Positions 26,152 to 40,674 of a stretch of DNA of 64,000 bases are shown here, piece by piece. Positions within the stretch are counted from its first letter, which is position 1, and each line of letters starts with the position of its first letter. The translations under genes were made by a program, and so were the position numbers. Source of the stretch: Dendrobates tinctorius (taxonomy: Eukaryota); assembly GCF_039654945.1 (NCBI RefSeq), contig NW_027361688.1, forward strand, positions 1,550,001 to 1,614,000, read 5' to 3'. The notes below the pieces were generated by a model. That model saw nothing but the letters and a program-made list of their open reading frames with translations. It made no database searches and had not been told where the DNA came from.

Positions 26152-26440
26152 AATGAAAAGGAGCAGCATCCAGTCCGGGTGAAGAAATGTGCAAAAATTT
26201 ATTTCATCATGAAAATATATGTTTCGACCGACACACGGTCTTTTTCAAGTATGAAAAAGACCGTGTCGGTCGAAACATTGTATATTTTCATGGCGAAATA
26301 AATTTTTGCACATTTCTTCACCCGGACTGGATGGTGCTCCTTTTCATCTTCTTGGGACTTTTTATGTCCAACTGGGTCTTTGGACTTTGAGCGTGCATCT
26401 CCTTGATCCTGGAAGTGCTGCCAGCTATCCTCTTGTATGT
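26152..26440. mobile_element. Inverted pair of Penelope-like pLTR fragments forming a ~200-bp palindrome
   Basis: 26152-26250 is the imperfect reverse complement of 26251-26348; each arm has UGAAAAA-GACCG..CGGUC-GAAA. Confidence 0.6.
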
Positions 26441-28023
26441 CTCCTGTGTATAAGGTCACTGGTGATCACTGTATTATCTGTACACTGACACTATATACAG
26501 AGCTCCTGTGTATAATGACACTGGTGATCACTTTATTACCTCTACACTGACATTATCTACGCAGTGCCAGTGTATAAAGTCATTGGTGATCACTGTATTA
26601 TCTGTACACTGACACTATGTACAGAGCTCCTGTGTATAATGTCACTGGTGATAGCTGTATTATCTGTACACTATACACAGGAGCTCTGCACATAGTGTCA
26701 ATGTTACTGGTGATCACTGTATTACCTGTACACTATTTACAGAGCTCCTGTGTATAATGTCACTGGTGATCACTGTATTACCTGTACACTGACACTATAT
26801 ACAGAGCTCCTGTGTATAATGTCACTGGTGATCACTGTATTATCTGTACACTATATACAGAGCTCCTGTGTATAATGTCACTGGTGATCACTGTATTACC
26901 TGTACACTGACACTATACACAGAGCTCCTGTGTATAATGTCACTGGTGATCACTGTATTATCTGTACACTATATACAGAGCTCCTGTGTATAATGTCACT
27001 GGTGATCACTGTATTACCTGTACACTGACACTATATACAGAGCTCCTGTGTATAATGTCACTGGTGATCACTGTATTATCTGTACACTATATACAGAGCT
27101 CCTGTGTATAATGTCACAGGTGATCACTGTATTACCTGTACACTGACACTATATACAGAGCTTCTGTGTATAATGTCACTGGTTGTTAGGAATCTGTGTT
27201 CTGCCATACTTATGCAGAGATCCAGATCCTCACATTTGTCTCCAGAGGCTAAGTCCTTTCAGCCAGCTTCTGAGCATGCTCCTGGAATGAGCTCTCATTG
27301 GAGTTCAGGAGTCAGGTGCTCAGGTCATGCTCCTGATTCCATTGATTCAGCTCAGGGCTCTGGAGATTTCCGGAAGGTCCCGGTCACTATAAAAAGTGCG
27401 CATGACTGTTCCGCCATGCGCTAGTATTTTTCATACTTGCTGCTGTGTGTTTGGTGATGGATGCTTGGACTGGTGACTGACTCATTAAATATCCCCCTCC
27501 TTGGTTATTACGATTGTGTGAGTGATTGGGCAGCCGCCAGTAGCAGCGCCAGCTCCAGCTATAGCTTCTCAGCAGCCAGCGTCCTGCATCGCGCCAGCGA
27601 TATTGCGGTGTCTCCTCAGTGGCTCTGTTCACACCGCGCTGCGATTGCAGTTCTCCCACGTCTGCAATTGCGACGCCTCCTGTCCTATTTAACGGTAGGT
27701 CTAGAGGGAGTAGTCCTGCGGCCTAAGGCTACTTCTGTGACTCTAAATACCGTGACAGTTTCGCTGTTAGTCTGTGTCCCCAAACAAACTCAGCGTATTT
27801 TATACTTTTGCCTGCAGCTCTGTGAGCATAACAGAGCTCGCTTCAGTGCACTTAGGGTGCAGTTAACCCCGTGCACATTACCGCCACAGTGCTCTGCCTC
27901 TCTAGCAGCGGTTATATCACCTGCCGCATGGTGGACCCCGAGTTGCGAAGGCACTTCATTTATTTTTTATTTAGTGCCTTCCGCCACTCGTAACATAATA
28001 CTAGCGCCAGGGTTTGGCTAGAG

Positions 28024-28935
28024 ATGGCAGATTAGCAGCAGCTGTTACAGCTTGTGCGTCAGCTCGAGGCTCGTCTTGCTACCCTGGAGACGTCTCTCAC
28101 AGCTGCGCAGGCTACAGATGCTGCCGTCCAGGCACTCACAGATGCGGTAGGACGTATGTCCATGTCCGCCCTTGCACTGACAGTTACCCGCCTCCCGTTG
28201 CCCGATAAATATGATGGGGATGGCGCCTCCTGTAGGGGTTTTATAAGCCAGTGCTCGATACACCTGGAGCTGCTGGCTGCGCAATTCCCTACGGAGCGGG
28301 CTAAGGTGGCTTTTGTTATCTCCCTACTATCGGGCAAGGCGCTGGAATGGGCTACGCCTCTGTGGGAGCGTGGTGACCCCGAGATTCGGTCCGCGGCTAA
28401 CTTGCTAACTGCCATCAGGCAAGTTTTTCTCGGTCCTCGGGTGACGCATGATACGTCCCTACAGTTACTCGCCCTTACTCAGGGGTCACTCTCGGTTAGC
28501 CAGTATGCCGTCTGTTTTTGGAAACTGGCGTCCGAGTTGGAATGGTCCGACAAGGCCCTAATCCCCGTTTTTTGGCGAGGTCTAGCGGAGCATGTGAAGG
28601 ATGCTCTCTCTACTAGAGAGATTCCCACTAGCTTGGAAGAGCTAATCTCAGTCTCTTCACGTATCGATCTCCGTTTTTCGGAGCGCGGTATGGAGCGGGC
28701 TCACTCCCAGCGCAAATCCGTTTCGGCACCCAAATTTTTTGTACCCCTTGAGCTAGACGAGCCGGAGGTTCTACCTCCCGAGCCCATGGAGGTGTCTCGC
28801 ACCAACTTTAATACAGACTCTGACCAGGAATCCATCTGCGGTTGTCACCATGTCTGTGCGATTTCTCCGGAAGCCGGCTCCCCGCAAAGGTTGGAGTCTG
28901 AACCGGCTATCGAGACCTTTGTCTCACACATATAG
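28024..28935 (+). pseudogene. Truncated gag (TAG at codon 4; no pol)
   Basis: RLPLPDKYDGD..CRGFISQC..FPTERAKV is closely similar to the gag starting at 4403. Confidence 0.85.
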
Positions 28936-28944
28936 CATGTATAG

Positions 28945-29230
28945 CGCACTGAATTGCCGGCTTTGCTAAAAGACACCTGGTGCGTATTTCTCGCAAGTCA
29001 CATGTGTGGTCCGTGTATAATCCGTATTTTTTGCGCACCCATAGACTTGCATTGGCGTACTACGGCCGTAGTACGCTGACAATTGCAGCATGCTGCGATT
29101 GGCACGGACCGTAGAATACGGATGAGAAATATACGGCTGGTGCGAGGTACCCCATAGAGAATCATTGGTCTGTGTGTAATGCGTGCTTTTAACGCCTCTC
29201 ACTCGTCCGTATTCCTCGCCAGTGTGACCC
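28945..29230 (-). mobile_element. One arm of the 23329-type MITE, at the Gypsy deletion junction
   Basis: Reverse complement of about 23333-23620. Confidence 0.8.
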
Positions 29231-29609
29231 CGAACAGACTCAGCGTATTTGTTTATACTTTTGCCTGCAGCTCTGTGCGCATAACAGAGCTCGCTTCAGT
29301 GCACTTAGGGTACAGTTAACCCCGTGCACATTACCGCCACAGTGCTCTGCCTCTCTAACAGCGGTTATATCACCTGCCGCACGGTGGACCCTGAGTGGCG
29401 AAGGCACTTCATTTATTTTTTATTTAGTACCTTCCGCCAATCGTAACACTGGTGATCACTGTATTATCTGTACACTATGCACAGAAGCTCTGTACATAGT
29501 GTCAATGTTACTGGTGATCACTGTATTACCTGTACACTATATACAGAGCTCCAGTGTATAATGTCATTGGTGGTAATATTAGTGTTACTAGTATAGTGAT
29601 TTTTATTAA

Positions 29610-30083
29610 AGGGAACCTGTCACCAGGTTTGGCCGATATAAGATGTGGCCTCTGCCTTTCAGGGCTTATCTACAGCATTATATAATGCTCTAAATGCACC
29701 GATCCGACCTGAAAGATAAGAAAAATAAGTTTTATTATACTCAGAGCAAATTACTGCAGTGCACAGGTGCCAGGAAAGGTCAGAGGGCCAGCACCTGCAC
29801 ACTGCAGGAATTTTCTCTGCACTCAACAGGGCAGATTACTCCTGTGCAGGAGTGAGATGTCGGGGAGCCCGTGAAGCAAGCAGGAGGGCGGCATCTTAAG
29901 GAGATGGGTGTTGCAGGTCCGGGTCCAGCGCCTATCGGATCGGACAGCCCTCAGGTGAGTATAATAAAACTTATTTTTCAGGTCGGATCAGGGGCTTATC
30001 TACAGCATTATACAATGATGTAGCTAAGCCCTGAAAGGCAGTGGCCGCATCTTATATCGGCCAAAATTGCTGACAGGTGCAGT
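29610..30083. mobile_element. Kolobok/T2-type MITE
   Basis: TTAA flanks, agggaacctgtca left end, long internal inverted repeats. Confidence 0.65.
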
Positions 30084-30233
30084 TTAATGATCAGTATTGT
30101 AGTACTCTTACTATATGGTGGTAGTATGTGATCTGGTGGTATTTCTCTTGTATGTGGTAGTATTTGGTCACTTTGTGGAGGTAATATGTGGTCTGGTTGT
30201 GGTGTGGCAGTATGTCTCCTGTATGTGGTATAA

Positions 30234-30670
30234 GGCTAGTTTCACACTAGCGCTTTTGAGCGCAGCGACGGCCTGCGCACGGCCGCCGCTAAGCCCCGCC
30301 TCCGCCGGTAGCTCCGCCTACCGGCGCATGACGCTGCATGCGTCCCCTATCTTTGTCACTGGGGGCGCAGGCCGTGCGCAGTATGCGTTTGGCGGCGCAT
30401 GCGCCTTTTTGACGGTGCGCCGAGCGCAACCAAACTGCAGCAGGTTGCGTTTGGCGCAGGTCGGCGCACCTTCAAAAGGACGCATGCGACGCCAAACGCA
30501 TACTGCGCATGGCCTGCGCCCCCAGTGATAAAGATAGGGGACGCAGGACGCATGCAGCGTTCATGCGCCGGTAGGCGGAGCTACCAGCGGAGGCGAGGCA
30601 GGGGGTGGGGCTTAGCGGCGGCCGTGCGCAGGCCGTCGCTGCGCTCAAAAGCGCTAGTGTGAAACTAGCC
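30234..30670. mobile_element. Palindromic Harbinger-type MITE
   Basis: TIR ggctagtttcacactagcgc, TAA TSD; near-perfect foldback. Confidence 0.88.
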
Positions 30671-30850
30671 TAATTTGGTCACTATGTGGTCCGGTCATGG
30701 TGTGGTGGTATTTGTCCCCTGTATGTGATATTAGATATTTGGTCACTATGTGGTAGTAATATGTGGTGTGATTGTATTTGTTCCTTGTATGTGGTATTAT
30801 TGGTGTTGGTATAGTGGATTGTGTTGTGTATGGAGGTCACTTGTTCTTTA

Positions 30851-31067
30851 GGCCTGTTTCACACTTCCGTTTTTGTGTCCGCCAAACGGGTCCGTTTCCG
30901 TTTTTTTGACGGAAACGGATGCAAACGGATCCGTTTTTTAAAACCCGGATCCGCGGTAACCGCTATGGGACAAAAAACGGATCCTGCAAAAAAAATGGCG
31001 GATCCGTTTTTTAACGGAAACCAACGGATTTTGACGGATTTGAAAAAACGGAAGTGTGAAACAGGCC
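30851..31067. mobile_element. Palindromic Harbinger-type MITE
   Basis: TIR ggcctgtttcacacttccg, TTA TSD. Confidence 0.88.
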
Positions 31068-32180
31068 TTATCTGTAAGGGGAAGATTCTTGATTTCAAAC
31101 AGACTCCCTGTCCTGTGACTATTATACAGTAGCAAATATGCACCTACAGTGGTTCTGCGGTGTAAACAAGTAATCACCTAGCCTAAGGTCATGTTCAGTA
31201 CATTCAATGTTCGGTCAGTATTTTGTCTAAGTATTTATAATCCAAAACCAGGGGTGTTAAACACAGATGTGGTGAGCTGTCTAATACTTTTCCTCTGTTC
31301 CACTCCTGGTTTTGCCTTACAAATACTGAAATGTGTGAACGTGGCCAAAGGATAAGTTATAAGTGATAGATTGGTCTGACTGCTGGGACCTGCACCGATC
31401 TACAGAATGTGAACTCCTATCCCCAATAGTATAGAGCAGCATGTATGACTTGACTACTGATCTGTTCATTCCCTAAGGCTTTTTCTAGAAGCCCCCAAAA
31501 AGGATGAATGGAGCTGCGGTCAAACATCCCATCTGCAGCTCCATTTTAAAATGGGGACAGTAGAGCCTTTTATTTGATAAGTTCCCCAGCTTTCAGATCG
31601 GTGCGGTTTCCAATGGTCAGATTCCACCGATCAATAACTTACCTCCTTAACAATGGATAGCATCATTTAATGCAAACTACCGTAATTATACATCCCAGTT
31701 ATGATGGTGCAAAGTAGATGTGCAGGAGCCGCCTGTGATTTAGTCAACGCCGGCTCCACTATATCAGGGATGACTGCCAAGTCATTTGCATATAGCTGTA
31801 GGGTGGCCCCTAGTCAATTCCCCCTGTGGAGCACAGACAACCCAGTCCAGCCCTGCATACAGCACTATATGGGGACTACAGAACAGTAGATTACTATTTA
31901 TATAGCGCCATTAATTCCATGGTGCTGTACATGAGAAGGGGGGTTACATACAAAGTTATAGATATCAGAAGGATGAAGGGCATCATTTATTGTATAGCAG
32001 TATGCAGCACTGTATAGACATACACAGTATTAAATGGCTATTCATATATGGTGGGTATACAGCAGTATAAGGAGAAATTACTGCACTATATGAAGTTATA
32101 TAGCAATGTTTGTGAACAGCACTATAAGGTGGTATACATGACAGATCAGTACATACAGATCACACCAGAGATCAGCGGCG

Positions 32181-32222
32181 TCAGCTCTTGTGGGGACGGT
32201 GTGGGTGGCTCTTAGAAGAGCC
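32181..32222 (-). terminator. Histone 3' stem-loop + HDE (H2A copy 1)
   Basis: GGCTCT-TCTA-AGAGCC-ACCCA then CAAGAGCTG. Confidence 0.95.
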
Positions 32223-32260
32223 TTTGGGTTGTGTGGATGATACGGGGTCGGTGGCAGCGC

Positions 32261-33365
<1,105 letters not shown>

Positions 33366-33396
33366 TCTGCTCTGTGCTCTGCACCCACAACCCAAA

Positions 33397-33437
33397 GGCT
33401 CTTCTAAGAGCCACCCACCCCGTCTACATCAGAGCTG
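33397..33437 (+). terminator. Histone 3' stem-loop + HDE (H2B copy 1)
   Basis: GGCTCTTCTAAGAGCC-ACCCA...CAGAGCTG. Confidence 0.95.
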
Positions 33438-33749
33438 GGGCTGCTTTTGTTCTATTCTTACTGGGGAACATGTGATTGCACTGACTGACCACTGTTGATA
33501 AGATGCACAGATTGGGTTTCTGACGGAGCAAAGGTGAGAGAGAGAGGGCAAGATGAGATGCAGAACTGCTATATAGCTCTGTATAACACAATGTTTACCG
33601 TCCATATACTGCTCTACATATACTGATGTAACCAAACTAACATAGTAATATTACCCCCACATACTGATATATACATCTCTAAATTGTCCATAGCCTGCTG
33701 TGTACCCCCATATACATAGCTCTGTGTGCAGTGAAAATACAACTGTATT

Positions 33750-34170
33750 TCTTCATATAGTGCTATATTCCCTCCATATCCTGCTATATACCCTCCATAT
33801 CCTGCTGCATACCCCCATATAGTGCTATATACTCCATATCCTGCTGTATACCCCCATATAGTGCTGTATACCCCCATATAGTGCTGTATACCTCCATATC
33901 CTGCTGTATACCCCCATATAGTGCTATATACCCTCCATATTCTGCTGTATACCCCTATAGTGCTATATACACCCTCCATATCCTGCTGTATACCCTCCAT
34001 ATACTGCTATATACCCTCCATATCCTGCTGTATACCCCATATAGTGCTATATACCCTCCATATCCTGCTGTATTACCCCCATATACTGCTATATTCCCTC
34101 CATATCCTGCTGTATACCCCCTTATAGCACTATATACCCTCCATATACTGCTATATACCCTCCATACTGT
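33750..34170. repeat. ~20/41-bp satellite (atatagtgctatataccctccatatcctgctgtatacccc)
   Basis: Tandem units; same family as 46558-47480. Confidence 0.9.
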
Positions 34171-34730
34171 ACTGTGCTCATGTATCTCCTGCCACTATAA
34201 TCAAGTGATCGGCTTCTCCATTAATGACAATGTGAGATTCAGATCTAGAAATAGATCAGCCTTTAGTTGATCATTGATCAGGAGCCTCCACCGGTCTGGG
34301 GATGAAGGGTGTGTAATATCAGGGGAATATAACTGCTGATGTTTGTTTCATGTCATTTTTTTCAGGTTTAGCAACAAAAATCACTAAATATAGTGAGGGG
34401 CCCTGATGTCAAGGCAAGTGGTGGCAGCGACAGAAATGGGTAAAGTGGGCGCCGTTATTGAAGGGGTTAAATGACTTTGGGCGCTGATGTCACTCTGCAG
34501 ATACAGGCAGTGATGCCCCCACATTATCAGGGGGTCCCAGCAGGTTCTGGGCATCAGAACGTCAATTTTAAACATGTTAATAAGCAACTGGTGTTAAGGG
34601 GTTAACGAATTTGGGCCACAGATGGGTGAGAACAAAGGACACACACTCCACACTGTGAGGAATAGCCCTACAGCGGTGTGTAACCCCATACAGAGCGGTA
34701 TATACGGCCGTATGATGCTGGACACACAAT

Positions 34731-35160
34731 ACTCACATAGTGAGGAGTCTACAGCTCTCCTCAGCCTGACAGGAGCCGCCGCCATGACACCACGTGTTAC
34801 ACTGAGGAGAAGAAAGAGCGCGAGAAACTATCAGCCGTTGGGCGGGAATTTCATATTCAGTGCTCAGCCAATCAGCACTCAGTAGGGCTATAGCTCCGCC
34901 CACAGGGTCACTTCCCCGCAGACACTCAGTGTTAACCCTTCAGTGGCCGATGTTTCCGGCTCCCGCAGAGCAGAGTGCAGCCATCCAGGCACAGCGCGGT
35001 CACCAGCCCCTCCCCCAGCAGCAGGAGCTGCGGCTTCTCCTCACATGTGGGCGGAGCACAGAGCTGTTGGGGGTTTTGAATTTCCCGCACTTTTTCCTGT
35101 CATTTTCCCGCTTTTATCTCCAGGACGTTACATCTAGTCACAGAGCAATGGCGGCGTGAG
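34731..35160 (-). promoter_or_regulatory. Repeated promoter/first-exon-like cassette, copy A
   Basis: GC box, CCAAT at 34868, E2F-like GGCGGGAA, CTCTTTC initiator-like tract, ATG 34785, GTGAGT donor 34736. Confidence 0.55.
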
Positions 35161-35739
35161 ACCGAGAGAAATCACCGAGATCATCACTGGTCAGGGGAGC
35201 AAAGAGAGGACTAGGATGCGGAGACAGGCTGGGGCAGCGGAGGAGAGAACAGGGGACAAAAAAAAATGTAACCAGGGGTAAATCAGATCATAACTCATAT
35301 GAGGAAATTATATGGAAATAAATAGAATAAAGGGAACAGAAAAAAATCATACCCTTAATGGGACCAGCAGGACGACACATGGACATTGCCAGCTACAGTG
35401 GGCGAGGAGTAATGGTGGGGGGCATAGGAGTTTGGTGGTTCATGCATTTTGTACCTTTGATTTATCACTTTTTTCTCTACGCTTCATTTCCCCATTTAAA
35501 ACAGTAGCACACAAACAGCCCCAGCTCTGATGTAGACGTATCTATCAGTATGTGGGGGCGATATTACTATATGTTGTTTGGTTACATCAGTATATGAAGA
35601 GCAGTATATGGACGGTAAACATCATTGTCTTATACAGAGCTATATAGCAGTTCTGCATCTCCCTGCTGCTCATCTTGCCCCATCTCTCTCCCCTGTCCTC
35701 TATATCAGACCCAATCTCTGCCTCCTATCAACACAGTGT

Positions 35740-35780
35740 TCAGCTCTGATGTAGACGGGGTGGTGGCTCTTAGAAGAGCC
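35740..35780 (-). terminator. Histone 3' stem-loop + HDE (H2B copy 2)
   Basis: Stem-loop 35765-35780, HDE CAGAGCTG. Confidence 0.93.
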
Positions 35781-35811
35781 TTTGGGTTGTGGGTGCAGAG
35801 CACAGAGCAGA

Positions 35812-36915
<1,104 letters not shown>

Positions 36916-36953
36916 GCGCTGCCACCGACCCCGTATCATCCACACAACCCAAA

Positions 36954-36995
36954 GGCTCTTCTAAGAGCCACCCACACCGTCACCACAAGAGCTGA
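36954..36995 (+). terminator. Histone 3' stem-loop + HDE (H2A copy 2)
   Basis: GGCTCTTCTAAGAGCC, CAAGAGCTG. Confidence 0.95.
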
Positions 36996-38150
36996 CGCCG
37001 CTGATCTCTGGTGTGAGCTGTATTTTACACCAAACACTAATGTAAATGATAAAAAAAATCCCATCACTATTAAACTATAGACACTAACTATTGTGCTGTA
37101 AACAGCTTAGTGCTTGTAGCCTCTGCCTATAAAAAGCTTTAAACTACCAAATACTGCTTTACATCATCCATATACTGAGGAATGTTCCCCCATATAGTGC
37201 TGTATATACTCTGTCAACACATTTTGTTGAATATGCCCACATGGCTTTATACATCCACTGTATAGTGTATGCAGCACTATATGGTGAGTACACAACGATG
37301 CGTTCACCCCTCACATTTGCCATCAGCAGAGACTCACCGACTAATGTTCCAGCAATCTGAGAGCTCCCGCGATTCAAAATTGTTTATTCAAAGTGGATTA
37401 AACCTTGTACATGAATGAGAATATGATCTGAGGGAGGATATTGTGTTTCTAATCTGATGTTCCCTTGTTCGTAATCATATTTTCACTGATTGACCTGATG
37501 CAATCCATTGTGAATGAAAATCAGTGTGGAACACCTGATAAAGTATACAGCAGCATATGGAGGGGTAGAGGGCACTGTCACCCTACCCCTGCTCTGATTT
37601 AGTCTTAAATATCCTCCTTAATCTGAACCTCCCTCTTATCCAGGACTTGTGCTGTGCCAGTTTCCTGGAATGCACTACCCAGAATGAGCTGATTGGTACC
37701 CAGCCTCCACATTGTGTGGTTTGCAAATATCTCTTTATAGAGACTAATCACCTTATTTCATTAATCTAACTCTGCCCTCCCCCTTATTTTTCCTTAGTCG
37801 GTCCCTCTTATTCATCTGTCTCCACATCCTCCATGCACCCAATAGCACTTGGTCACTGTAGTTACACACATACTGGCTGAGTGCACTGAACGAGCACATT
37901 CTTCTCATTGTGTCCACCTGTTTCCGTATAGATTGTGAGCAGGGCTCGCACTCCCGGAACTGCTAGTTTGTAATATCTTTACATTGTAAAGTGCTGCCGA
38001 ATATATGTTAGTGCTATAGAAATAACATTCTTATTGTTATACCCCCTATAAAGCTTACTATGGTAATCTATTACTATATACCTCCACATAAATCATTACA
38101 GCAATATGATGCGGTATACCGCACTATAGTGCTGAATATATTACATATTC

Positions 38151-38262
38151 ACTCACGGCCTGAGAGCCGCCGCATGTTACACCCAGGAGAACAAAGAGCG
38201 GGAAGGTATCAGCCGTGTGAGGGAATTTCATCCTCAGCACTCAGTAGTGCTATGGCTCCGGC
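38151..38262 (-). promoter_or_regulatory. Repeated cassette, copy B (diverged; downstream of H3)
   Basis: cagcactcagtagtgctatggctccg core, ggaatttca, tgttacac, ATG 38175, GTGAGT donor 38156. Confidence 0.5.
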
Positions 38263-38529
38263 ATCAGGACAAGGTGAGGAGCCCTGGATGTAACAGTTCC
38301 CTGGGTAGCTGCATCTAGAGAAAGATTTCCTATACAAGATAATTACATCTCTGCACTTTATATTGATGTCAAATTAACCCTTTTTGCTCCTCAGGCACAC
38401 AATAAACTAAGTTTAGTTTATGAATTATTTCCATTAGTGAAACTCGCAACCAATAAAAGATAGCCCATCTCCACAGTACACATTGGAGGCTATTGACACA
38501 AAGACCCAGTGCAGGATCCGGATAGTTTA

Positions 38530-38575
38530 GGCATTGGCTCCTTAGTGGGGGAATTTGGTGGCTCTGAGAAGAGCC
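38530..38575 (-). terminator. Histone 3' stem-loop (H3) with weak HDE
   Basis: GGCTCT-TCTC-AGAGCC-ACCAA at 38560-38575; HDE AAGGAGCC. Confidence 0.9.
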
Positions 38576-38605
38576 TTTGTGCTGTCTTCAGTGCCCGGGG
38601 CGGAT

Positions 38606-39070
<465 letters not shown>

Positions 39071-39517
39071 TTATACTCATGGGATCGCTCTCATTGGTTT
39101 ACGTGAAACACACCCCTTATACTCCATTGGCTGTGTGCAACCAATCATTATGCAGGAGACGCTCAGCACAACTCCCAGTAATCTCGTTGTTCCCTCCTCC
39201 ATGAAGTGCTGCTGGGTATCCGCAGTTCACACTGGTCACAGGCTGCCATAATGCAGGAGAAGGTCACATCATGTCTACAGGAGGCTTCTGCAGCAGCGGC
39301 CTCTGATGACGCTTTACTTCCATATCCCTGTACACTGCTCTTTATAGTGAAGCCCCCTCATCATCATCACCACAGATCCCCCCCCAATCCTCACATAGCG
39401 TCCCACATCCAGACACAGGATGTGAGAGGGAAATGATCACCTGTCAGTAACATGAAAGCTCTGCCCCTATAAACACTATAATGGCGCTGATGACGGAATC
39501 AGAGGGTGAAACTTGGA

Positions 39518-40674
39518 CACTGATCACACAGCTCTGCCGGGACAAGGTGGTGGCACTGATCACACAGCTCTGCCGGGACAAGGTGGTGACACTGATCACA
39601 CAGCTCTGCCGGGACAAGGTGGTGGCACTGATCACACAGCTCTGCCGGGGCAAGGTGGTGGCACTGATCACACAGCTCTGCCGGGACAAGGTTGTGGCGC
39701 TGATCACACAGCTCTGCCGGGACATGGTGGTGGCACTGATCACACAGCTCTGCCGGGACATGGTGGTGGCACTGATCACACAGCTCTGCCATTACAGGGT
39801 GGTGGCACTGATCACACAGCTCTGCCGGGACATGGTGGTGGCACTGATCACACAGCTCTGCCATTACAGGGTGGTGGCACTGATCACACAGCTCTGCCGG
39901 GACATGGTGGTGGCACTGATCACACAGCTCTGCCGGGACATGGTGGTGGCACTGGTCACACAGCTCTGCCGGGACATGGTGGTGGCACTGGTCACACAGC
40001 TCTGCCATTACAGGGTGGTGGCACTGATCACACAGCTCTGCCGGGACATGGTGGTGGCACTGATCACACAGCTCTGCCGGGGCAAGGTGGTGGCACTGAT
40101 CACACAGCTCTGCCGGGACAAGGTTGTGGCACTGATCACACAGCTCTGCCGGGACATGGTGGTGGCACTGATCACACAGCTCTGCCGGGGCACGGTGGTG
40201 GCACTGATCACACAGCTCTACCGGGACAAGGTTGTGGCACTGATCACACAGCTCTGCTGGGACATGGTGGTGGCACTGATCACACAGATCTGCCATTACA
40301 GGGTGGTGGCACTGATCACACAGCTCTGCCGGGACATGGTGGTGGCACTGATCACACAGCTCTGCCGGGACATGGTGGTGGCACTGGTCACACAGCTCTG
40401 CCATTACAGGGTGGTGGCACTGATCACACAGCTCTGCCGGGACATGGTGGTGGCACTGATCACACAGCTCTGCCGGGGCAAGGTGGTGGCACTGATCACA
40501 CAGCTCTGCCGGGACAAGGTTGTGGCACTGATCACACAGCTCTGCCGGGACATGGTGGTGGCACTGATCACACAGCTCTGCCGGGGCAAGGTGGTGGCAC
40601 TGATCACACAGCTCTGCCGGGACAAGGTTGTGGCACTGGTCACACAGCTCTGCCATTACAGGGTGGTGGCACTG
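39518..40674 (-). repeat. 36-bp minisatellite (~32 copies) derived from a histone 3'-processing signal
   Basis: Minus-strand unit TCAGTGCC-ACCAC-CATGTCCCGG-CAGAGCTGTG-TGA, continuous with the stem-loop at 40668-40683. Confidence 0.92.

Larger units (their letters stand above)
27184..29448 (+). mobile_element. Internally deleted Gypsy element (5' LTR 27184-27995, gag, partial 3' LTR)
   Basis: TG...CA ends, 5-bp TSD CTGGT, TATA at 27388, self-priming PBS 27997-28007; 29231-29448 repeats the LTR 3' part. Confidence 0.9.
26440..29570. repeat. 55-61-bp minisatellite (gtcactggtgatcactgtatta...cagagctcctgtgtataat), interrupted by a Gypsy element
   Basis: About 13 units at 26440-27183, resuming after 29448. 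Confidence 0.9.

Noticed and set aside
34737-34785. MAAAPVRLRRAVDSSL loosely resembles the CstF-64 N-terminus (MAGLTVRDPAVDRSL)
   Set aside because: Only 16 aa; the frame is not conserved in other cassette copies and no downstream RRM exons were found
34790-34810. gtgttaca motif resembling the U7 snRNA 5' end
   Set aside because: Not followed by GCTCTTT, the U7 Sm site or the terminal hairpin; no U7, tRNA or rRNA gene was identified in the window
39518-40674. CRISPR-like appearance (constant part plus variable part)
   Set aside because: The variable part is only ~10 nt with a few recurring types; eukaryotic context and no cas genes
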